Shown one piece after another: positions 57,173-64,000 of a stretch of 64,000 nucleotides of DNA. A model generated the notes under the pieces. That model had not been told where the DNA came from. It worked only from the letters and a program-made list of their open reading frames with translations, and did not search any database. Source of the stretch: Spirochaetia bacterium (GTDB lineage Bacteria > Spirochaetota > Spirochaetia > SZUA-6 > Bin103); assembly GCA_965203515.1 (NCBI GenBank), contig OZ241907.1:4000001-4064000 (forward strand). The letters run 5' to 3'. How positions within the stretch are numbered: the stretch's first letter is position 1; every line of letters starts with the position of its first letter. The position numbers were made by a program, and so were the translations under genes.

Positions 57173-58219
57173 TCAGGTCAGGTGTCGATCGCCGGTCTCA
57201 GACTGCGCGCCGCCCTCCGGCGCGCGGCGCGGCGTCGCGCGCGCCGCCGGGAATCCCAGCCGTTCCTTGACCAGATAGAGCGGGCGCCGCTTCACTTCCC
57301 CGTACACGCGCCCCAGGTACTCCCCCATGACCCCGATCAGCATGAGTTGCGCGCCGCCCAGGAACAGGACGGCGATGAACGTCGCCGCCCAGCCCCCGAC
57401 CCAGGCGCCGGTGGCCAGACGCGCGCCCAGCGCGTAGACGATGCCGGCCAGAGCGAGCCCGGCGGCGCTGACGCCCAGCCACGTCGCCGCCCGCAACGGC
57501 AGCAGGGAGAACGACAGGATGCCGTCCGCGGCCACGCCGACCATCTTCCTGAGCGAATACTTGGTCGTCCCGGCGGCGCGCGGCGCCCGGCGGTAGCGCA
57601 CCGGCTCCTGCCGGAAGCCGGCCCAGGCGATCATGCCGCGCATGAACCGGTCGCGCTCCGGCATCGCCAGGAAGGCGTCGACGACCGCGCGGTCCATCAG
57701 CCGGAATTCGCCGGTGTCGAGCGGGATGGCGACGTCCGTAATGCGCGCCAGGAGCCGGTAGTACGCCCTGGAGGTCCAGCGCTTGAAGGCGGTCTCGCCT
57801 TCGCGGTCGGGCCGCAGGCCGTAGGCGACGTCGACGCCCTGCCGCCAGCGCTCCAGCATCTCGGCAATGATCTCGGGCGGGTCTTGCAGGTCGGCGTCGA
57901 TCACCGCCACCGCCTCGCCGCCGGCTTCGGCCACGCCGGCGGTAAGCGCCATCGGTTGGCCGAAGTTCCGGGCAAGAGCGACCACCCGCACGCGCGCGTC
58001 GGCCGCCTGCAGTCCCCGCAACAGCTCCAGGGTGCCGTCCCGGCTGCCGTCGTCGACGTAGATGATTTCGAATCCGGTCTCCGGTATGCGCTCCAGGGCG
58101 GCCACCAGCCGGCGGTGGGTCTCGGAGATGACCGCCTCCTCGTCGAAGCAGGCGACCACCACCGACAGGAGCGAGCAGTTTCGTACCGCTTGCGGCGGCT
58201 CCGATCTCATCCGCGCCAC
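57173..58219 (-). CDS. GtrB/ArnC-like polyprenyl-phosphate glycosyltransferase (GT2 with two C-terminal TMs)
   Basis: YVDDGSRDGT, ARNFGQ, IDADLQDPPE, DTGEFRLMDR, GEYLGRVYGEVKRRPLY. Confidence 0.92.
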   Translation of the reverse strand: MARMRSEPPQAVRNCSLLSVVVACFDEEAVISETHRRLVAALERIPETGFEIIYVDDGSRDGTLELLRGLQAADARVRVVALARNFGQPMALTAGVAEAGGEAVAVIDADLQDPPEIIAEMLERWRQGVDVAYGLRPDREGETAFKRWTSRAYYRLLARITDVAIPLDTGEFRLMDRAVVDAFLAMPERDRFMRGMIAWAGFRQEPVRYRRAPRAAGTTKYSLRKMVGVAADGILSFSLLPLRAATWLGVSAAGLALAGIVYALGARLATGAWVGGWAATFIAVLFLGGAQLMLIGVMGEYLGRVYGEVKRRPLYLVKERLGFPAARATPRRAPEGGAQSETGDRHLT

Positions 58220-58395
58220 GATAGCAAGCCGCGCGCAGTCTGTTCAAATGCAACGCCGCCCGCCACCCGGCGAGCCGCACGCCGCGCGCCGTCCCGCTTC
58301 ATGGCGTCGGGGAGAGTGGTGTCCGCCCGCCCATGGAGGTTGACGCCGGGCGCCCTTCGCCGTAAGGTCGGGGACACAGTTCAGGTTGAAGTCTG

Positions 58396-59775
58396 ATGGT
58401 CCAGGTGATGCGGTACTCTGTCGTATCGGCGGTAGTCGGCATACTGCTGCTCACGTTGGCAGGTTGCCAGCAGGCGTCGCGTCCGGTCGCAACGCAGCCC
58501 GATCCTGCCCAACCTGCGAGTCCGCCGGCGGCCGAACCGGCAGCGGCGATCACGTGCGCGGACTCGGCGATCCGTCTGCTTGACCGCGGCGCCGGAATCC
58601 ACGGCGCGATCGTATCCGACACGTTGCACCTGGGCGGGGCCACGGCGCCGGTCACGTGCGCGGCGCCGGCGAACCGGTCCGTAGCCGGCGCGTTCGACCC
58701 GGCCGGGCGTGCGGCGTCATCTCATCAGTCCGAGTACTCCCTGATCGTGATTCGCTATCCCGCCGGCACTCGCCTGTACATCATCAGCCGCCGCGCCGAC
58801 GGCACCTCCTGCGTGGTCGATACCAACGACGCGTGCATTGCGGAAGTATCCGACTTGCCGGACGGCTTCGACCTCGATGACCTGCCGGACGACGTGCCGC
58901 CGACCATTCCCGGCGCCCGACCGTGGCTGGAGGCTCCGTCGCAGGCGCCGGAAGCGGCCGGCAACCCGAATCCCCGCGACGGGGCGACCGGGGTGACGGT
59001 CGACGCGCCGGAGCTGCACTGGACCGCGGGCGCGCGGACGGCCAGCTACGACCTCTACTGGGGGACCGGGAGGAGCCTCGGCGCGGACGCTGCCCTGGGT
59101 ACGCCGGTCCGCACTCGTTACACCGCCTGGACCATACGGAGGCCGGGCACGACCGCAGCCGACCGGAGGCTGGCAAGCGCCACGACCTACTACTGGCGGG
59201 TCGACGCGAAGAACGAGCACGGCGCCACCAAAGGTACCGTGTGGTCGTTCACCACGACCGACGATCCCGGCCCGCAGCCGCCGCCGGGCGGAGGTGACAC
59301 GCCGCCGGTAACGCCGCCGGCGGGCGGAGGTGACACGGCGATCACCATATCGATCGCCGATCAAAGCGTTACCGAAGGCAACCGCGGCCGGTTGATCACG
59401 ACCGGGTATACGCCCAGATGGCTGCCGTATCCAACCGGGTACCGGCTCCCGGTGCGGTTGAGTTCGGCCACCCCCCGGCCGCGGGCGGCGCGCTTGACAT
59501 ATCGGTTGTCGGACGGCACGGCGACGTCGGGTGACGATTACGCAGGTGCTCCTATCACTCCCGACCATCCCGAAGCGGCTGACTTTACCAGCGGGTATCT
59601 GCTATTCCCGGCCGGCTCCACTTCGCAGACCGTGAGTATCTATATTGGAGTGATGGGGGACCTTGACGATGAGCCGGACGAGACGTTCACGGTGACGGTC
59701 TCGCCGCCGGCGCCCCTGACGTGCGGTTTGCCGTCGCGGTGTACCGCGACCGTCACCATCGTCGATGACGATTAG
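58396..59775 (+). CDS. Putative lipoprotein with Fn3-like and Calx-beta-like domains
   Basis: Lipobox LAGC; YDLYWGT..YYWRVDAKN..GTVWSFTT; ISIADQSVTEG..DGTATSGDDY..DDEPDETFTVT..ATVTIVDDD. Confidence 0.75.
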   Translation: MVQVMRYSVVSAVVGILLLTLAGCQQASRPVATQPDPAQPASPPAAEPAAAITCADSAIRLLDRGAGIHGAIVSDTLHLGGATAPVTCAAPANRSVAGAFDPAGRAASSHQSEYSLIVIRYPAGTRLYIISRRADGTSCVVDTNDACIAEVSDLPDGFDLDDLPDDVPPTIPGARPWLEAPSQAPEAAGNPNPRDGATGVTVDAPELHWTAGARTASYDLYWGTGRSLGADAALGTPVRTRYTAWTIRRPGTTAADRRLASATTYYWRVDAKNEHGATKGTVWSFTTTDDPGPQPPPGGGDTPPVTPPAGGGDTAITISIADQSVTEGNRGRLITTGYTPRWLPYPTGYRLPVRLSSATPRPRAARLTYRLSDGTATSGDDYAGAPITPDHPEAADFTSGYLLFPAGSTSQTVSIYIGVMGDLDDEPDETFTVTVSPPAPLTCGLPSRCTATVTIVDDD

Positions 59776-59938
59776 GAGCCTCGTCCCCGCTGGCGGGTAG
59801 TCGGCTCGGCCAAGCCCAGGCTTGCCTGATGCCGAACCCGCGCCGCCTGGAACGAGCCCAGGAGGCCCTGAGGGGAGGGAGGGCGTCGTGGTCGACAGTG
59901 GTGCTATCCATCAGGTAGCCTTATCTCAGGAGCGATAC

Positions 59939-61483
59939 ATGATGGGACTGAAACCAGGGTGCTTAAGGAGCGGGCCGGCAGCGATGCTGGCGCTCGCGGC
60001 GGCCGCCGGCATCGCGCTGACGGCGTGCGCGCAAGCGGCGCGGCCGCCCGCAACGACCGGCGCCGCCCCGGCGTCTCCTGCCTCCCCGCCTGAGGCCGAC
60101 CCGCCGCCACAGCAGACACAGCAGGCAGAGAAGATCTGGTCCATCGGGGAGGACGCCTTCGATGACGACGCGAACCTGATCGCAACGTCCAACCGTTCCA
60201 AGCCGTTCGCCTGGGACGGGATCACCGGCGCCGAGGGCGAGAAGGTGACCGTGTCGATCGACGGCAACGACCTGCCGTTCACGAACAAGGCGACCGCACC
60301 GCGCTTCGAGAACGATCTCAGTGGCGCGGAGTGGAGGGTTGACTTCGAAGTCCGTGCGGGAGCGGTGGCGCTCGTGCTCACCGCCCCGAATCAGACGGAA
60401 GCGCTGGACTACGTCGAGTCGGTCAGGATCACGAACCGCGGGAGCGGCTACACCGCGCCCCCGGCCGTGACGTTCGGGGCCGCGCCGGCCGCCGGCGCTA
60501 CAGCCGCCGGCACCGCGGCGGGGCCCGGTCAAGTCGCGTCCGTGATGGTCACGACGCCGGGAGCCGGCTACACCTCGGCCCCCGCCGTCACCTTTGCGGC
60601 AGCGCCGTCCGGCGGCACCACGGCTGCTGCCGCCGCAGTGGCAATCGGTCAAGTCGCGTCGGTGTCGATCACGAACGGCGGGACCGGCTACACCCCGACC
60701 GCAACCGTCGCGTTCGGGGCCCCGCCGGCCGGCGGCACCACGGCTGCCGGCACCGTGTTTGGGCCCGACAGAGTCGAGTCAGTGACGATCACGGAGGCGG
60801 GGAGCGGCTGGACCGCGACGCCCCGGATCATATTCTCGGCACCGCAGCGGCCGGGCGGGACCAAGCCGAGTATAGTCACCGTGTTCCTTTCCGGCGACAA
60901 GGTCGACCGCGTCGGGTTCTATTGGGATGATAGTTTCCGGGGGAGCGGCTACACCTCGCCCCCCACCGTGACCTTCGCCCCGAATGCCGGCGGCGATCCC
61001 GATGGCGGGTCACGCGGCGTTGCGGTGCTGCGCGAGAAGATCGACGGAGTGACGATCACGAGCGGGGGGAGCGGCTATACCTCGGCTCCCGTGGTGTTCT
61101 TTTCGCCATCGCGCAGCGGCACCACGGCGATCGGTACCGCAGTGATGAACTATGACGTGGCGGACGTGACGATCACGAACCCGGGGAGCGGCTACACCTC
61201 GGTCCCCACCGTGACCTTTGCGGCAGCGCCGTCCGGCGGCAGCGCCACCACGGCCGTCGGCACCGCGACGTTGAGAACCGAGGTTACGTCAGTGACGATC
61301 ACGAACGGGGGGAGCGGCTATACTTCGGCCCCCACCGTGACCTTTGCGGCGCCGTCCAGCGGCACCACCGCGACCGGCGTCGCAGTGCTGGCGGAAAGCG
61401 GCAACGATCAGTACCAGAACCTGTTTTGGGCGCGCGACACGCTGTCCGGCAGGCAGCTTCGGGTCCGGGTAGGCGAAGGGTGA
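59939..61483 (+). CDS. Putative lipoprotein with eight ~40-aa VTITNGGSGYTSAPTVTF repeats
   Basis: RBS CAGGAG before ATG 59939; lipobox LTAC; repeats read from the translation. Confidence 0.75.
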   Translation: MMGLKPGCLRSGPAAMLALAAAAGIALTACAQAARPPATTGAAPASPASPPEADPPPQQTQQAEKIWSIGEDAFDDDANLIATSNRSKPFAWDGITGAEGEKVTVSIDGNDLPFTNKATAPRFENDLSGAEWRVDFEVRAGAVALVLTAPNQTEALDYVESVRITNRGSGYTAPPAVTFGAAPAAGATAAGTAAGPGQVASVMVTTPGAGYTSAPAVTFAAAPSGGTTAAAAAVAIGQVASVSITNGGTGYTPTATVAFGAPPAGGTTAAGTVFGPDRVESVTITEAGSGWTATPRIIFSAPQRPGGTKPSIVTVFLSGDKVDRVGFYWDDSFRGSGYTSPPTVTFAPNAGGDPDGGSRGVAVLREKIDGVTITSGGSGYTSAPVVFFSPSRSGTTAIGTAVMNYDVADVTITNPGSGYTSVPTVTFAAAPSGGSATTAVGTATLRTEVTSVTITNGGSGYTSAPTVTFAAPSSGTTATGVAVLAESGNDQYQNLFWARDTLSGRQLRVRVGEG

Positions 61484-61625
61484 TGGCGGTTGGCCGGCGC
61501 GGCCAACCGTCGTCGGCGGCCGGGCGTATTCCCCAAGGCAGGTAGCGATTCGGGCGCCCCGTTCTCACCGGGACCCCGCTCGAGAGCCGGCGCCGCGCCG
61601 GCGCTCGAGCCTCACTCTGGCGGCG

Positions 61626-63641
61626 GTGTCGATCGCGCTCGCCGCCGCGCCGGCGCCGGCGGCGGACGCCGCCGCGGTCCTGCGCCACGGCGCTTCGGTC
61701 AGCGCGCGCAACGCGCTGATCGTCGAGGTGCGGGTAGCGCTGTCGGGCGCGGCGCGGGTGTACGTCGAGTACGACCACCCGCAAGCCGGGCGCTACCGCA
61801 CGCCGCTGAGCGGGCGGGGCGCGGCGCACGTCATCCCGCTCGTCAGGCTGCGCCCGGAGACGACCTACGACTACACCATCTTCGTCGTGGACGGCTCGGC
61901 AGCGGACGGCTCGGCAATGGACGGCGCCGCGGCGGAGGGCGCCGCCGGGCCGGGCGGCCGGTTCACCACCGGACCGCTGCCGCGGCGCCTCGCCGCGATA
62001 TCGATGCAGGCGCGCGGCAGAAGCTCGCAGCCGCTCATCCTGTCCGGTTACCTGCGCGGCGACGGACGCGCGTACCTCCTGTTCCGGGATGAGGTGGGGG
62101 CGCCGGTCTGGTACTACGATGCGTCCGGCGCGTCCGCTGTCCGGGCGTTGCAGGTCGGCGCCATCGCTCAGTTGCCCGGCGGCGCCTTGCTCTTCACGGA
62201 CCCGCGGAGGGGTCTGATCGAGATCACCCCCTTGGGAGACGTGGTCGACCGGTTGGAGCGCGGCGGAGCGGCAGGGATTCCGCACCATGAGGTCCTCGCG
62301 CTCGCCGATGGCCGCGTGCTCTACCTGAGCCGGGAATCGGTGGTCTTCGAAGAGGTCGAGTTCAGGGTCGACGACCTGCGCGTCTGGGACCGCGCGCGCG
62401 GACGGGTCGAGCAGGTCTGGGACGCCCGGGACTTCTGGGACATTCGCGACTTGACCCAACGCGCGGAGCAACTCGGCACGGTCAGGTGGACCCACCTCAA
62501 CTCGGTGAGCATCGGCCCGCGCGGCAACCTCATCATCTCGTCCCGCGTGCGCAATCAGGTGATCTCGCTCAGCGCCGACCTGCGGGCGATCGAATGGCAA
62601 CTGCACGGGCCGGACAGCGATTACCGGTTCCCGAACCCGAACGATCGGTTCTACGGGCCGCACACCGCGGCGCAGCTCGACGACGGCAACGTACTGCTGT
62701 TCGACAACGGCTGGGGGCGGCCCGACGCCGAGGGCGGCGCCTACTCGCGCGCGCTGGAGCTGCGGCTGGATGAGGCGGCCGGCACCGCGGTGAAGGTGTG
62801 GGAATACCGGCCGACGCCGGACATCTACTCGCCGGCCATGAGCAGCGCCTACCGGCTGAGCAACGGCAATACGCTGATCAACTTCGGCGTGCGAGCCACC
62901 ACCCGGGTGAGCGACTCCCTGCCGCTGACCGTGGTCGAGGTGGACGCGGCCGGCAACGAAGTGTTCCGGGTCGATACCCGGCAACGGTACGTGCCGCGGC
63001 CCAATTTCCCGCGGCGGTACCGGGCCTACGGCGGCATCGGGTCGATCATGGGCGAGACCATGGTGCGCCCGCCGGCGGCGGCGCCCGAGCCGTTCGACGA
63101 CGATCACTACCTGGCGCAGGAGCTGGCCGGGTTCCGCGAACTGGGGGCCGCCCTGGCCGGCCGGCGGCGTGCCGCCGGCGGGGTGTTCGACCTGTATCTG
63201 GCCGGGGACCGGCTGGTGTACGCGAAGGAGCCCTGCGGCCGGGCGGATGTCCGGGAGCGCTTCTTCCTGCACGTCTTCCCGGCCGCCGCGGACGAGCTGG
63301 CCGCCGATGGCGATCCGGCCTCCGGCAGCGATCCTGTCTCCGACAGCGATCCGGCCTCCGGCATCCGGGAGCGGGGATTCGACACCCTCGACTTCGAGTT
63401 CTGGTGGCAGGGAGTGCTCTGGGAAGGCGTCTGTCTCGCAGCCGTGACGCTGCCGGACTACGCCATCGCCCGCCTCAGAACCGGCCAGCTCGTCAGAGAC
63501 ACGGGGCGCGAGCTCTGGGCCGCGGAGATCGAGGCGCCGGCGGCGGAGCCGGGCCGTGAGGCCGGGCGGAGCGGAGCCGTGAGGCCGGCGGTGAGCCGCG
63601 CGGCGCCCGGCCGGCGCGAGCGCGCGCCGTTGCGCGCCTGA
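61626..63641 (+). CDS. Arylsulfotransferase-like protein with shared C-terminal domain
   Basis: ASST motifs (HLNSV, FDNG, YSRALEL); start uncertain. Confidence 0.8.
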   Translation: MSIALAAAPAPAADAAAVLRHGASVSARNALIVEVRVALSGAARVYVEYDHPQAGRYRTPLSGRGAAHVIPLVRLRPETTYDYTIFVVDGSAADGSAMDGAAAEGAAGPGGRFTTGPLPRRLAAISMQARGRSSQPLILSGYLRGDGRAYLLFRDEVGAPVWYYDASGASAVRALQVGAIAQLPGGALLFTDPRRGLIEITPLGDVVDRLERGGAAGIPHHEVLALADGRVLYLSRESVVFEEVEFRVDDLRVWDRARGRVEQVWDARDFWDIRDLTQRAEQLGTVRWTHLNSVSIGPRGNLIISSRVRNQVISLSADLRAIEWQLHGPDSDYRFPNPNDRFYGPHTAAQLDDGNVLLFDNGWGRPDAEGGAYSRALELRLDEAAGTAVKVWEYRPTPDIYSPAMSSAYRLSNGNTLINFGVRATTRVSDSLPLTVVEVDAAGNEVFRVDTRQRYVPRPNFPRRYRAYGGIGSIMGETMVRPPAAAPEPFDDDHYLAQELAGFRELGAALAGRRRAAGGVFDLYLAGDRLVYAKEPCGRADVRERFFLHVFPAAADELAADGDPASGSDPVSDSDPASGIRERGFDTLDFEFWWQGVLWEGVCLAAVTLPDYAIARLRTGQLVRDTGRELWAAEIEAPAAEPGREAGRSGAVRPAVSRAAPGRRERAPLRA

Positions 63642-63645
63642 CGCC

Positions 63646-64000
63646 GTGGTGACGGCGGCGCATCCGTGCGCCGCGCACCGGCTGCCCTGGCGTGACGCGC
63701 TCATCGCGCTGATCGCGTTCGCGGCGCTGGGCGCCGCCCTCCTCGACGACTACGGCGCGGCGTCGGACGAGGCCGCGCAGCGCAGCACCGGCCGGGCGGT
63801 GATCGCCTACGCGCTAGGTGACGGCGCCCTGCCGGACCGCCATGACCGGTACTACGGCGCCGCGTTCGAAGCGCCGCTGATCCTGGTCGAGCGGCTGCTC
63901 GGCCTCACCGACAGCCGCGCCATCCACCTCAGCCGCCACCTGCTGACCCATCTGTTCTTCCTCACCGGCGGCTTCTTCTGTTGGCTGCTCGCCTTCCGCC
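63646..64000 (+). CDS. GT-C fold membrane glycosyltransferase, 5' part (runs off the window)
   Basis: PWRDALIALIAFAALGAALLDDYGAASDE...HDRYYGAAFEAPLILVERLLG. Confidence 0.82.
   Translation, partial: MVTAAHPCAAHRLPWRDALIALIAFAALGAALLDDYGAASDEAAQRSTGRAVIAYALGDGALPDRHDRYYGAAFEAPLILVERLLGLTDSRAIHLSRHLLTHLFFLTGGFFCWLLAFR

Noticed and set aside
59278..59338. Short direct repeat in the Calx-beta lipoprotein
   Set aside because: Simple in-frame Pro/Gly linker duplication (PPGGGDT / PAGGGDT)
14200..64000. Diversity-generating retroelement acting on the shared domain
   Set aside because: No reverse transcriptase in the window, and differences between copies do not appear adenine-specific
14200..64000. 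Shufflon or invertible cassettes
   Set aside because: All repeated modules are in direct orientation and no recombinase is visible
1..64000. tRNA, rRNA or riboswitch
   Set aside because: None recognised by eye; a covariance-model search would be needed to exclude small RNAs

Overview
This is a GC-rich bacterial window, probably from a spirochaete given the hslVU-fliF...flhA-fliA order and protein style (inference). At 1-10 kb, hslVU is followed by a stripped flagellar export cluster: fliF, fliO, fliP, fliQ, fliR, a C-terminally truncated flhB, flhA and fliA. At 10-14 kb lie a penicillin-binding protein and two LysM/M23 peptidases. From 14 kb to the window end is an approximately 50 kb array of shuffled cassettes for cell-surface glycan modification. 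It holds 7 GT-C (PMT/ArnT-like) membrane glycosyltransferases and 5 exported arylsulfotransferase (ASST)-like enzymes; every complete copy ends in the same ~115-aa two-Cys domain. These are interleaved with 5 mosaic AAA-ATPase/PD-(D/E)XK genes, an Rpn gene with internal RpnS, a PIN module and an HNH gene. Support genes are two GT2s, a PAPS sulfotransferase, a UbiA-type polyprenyl-P phosphoribosyltransferase and a GtrB-like GT2. Cassettes are joined by a palindromic junction repeated nine times, and several carry related 7-, 8- or 9-bp simple repeats at their 5' ends that set the reading frame. My best reading is a phase-variable, recombination-shuffled system for glycosylation and sulfation of the cell surface. 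No tRNA, rRNA, CRISPR array, integrase or reverse transcriptase was recognised. All family calls come from visual motif recognition, not database searches.
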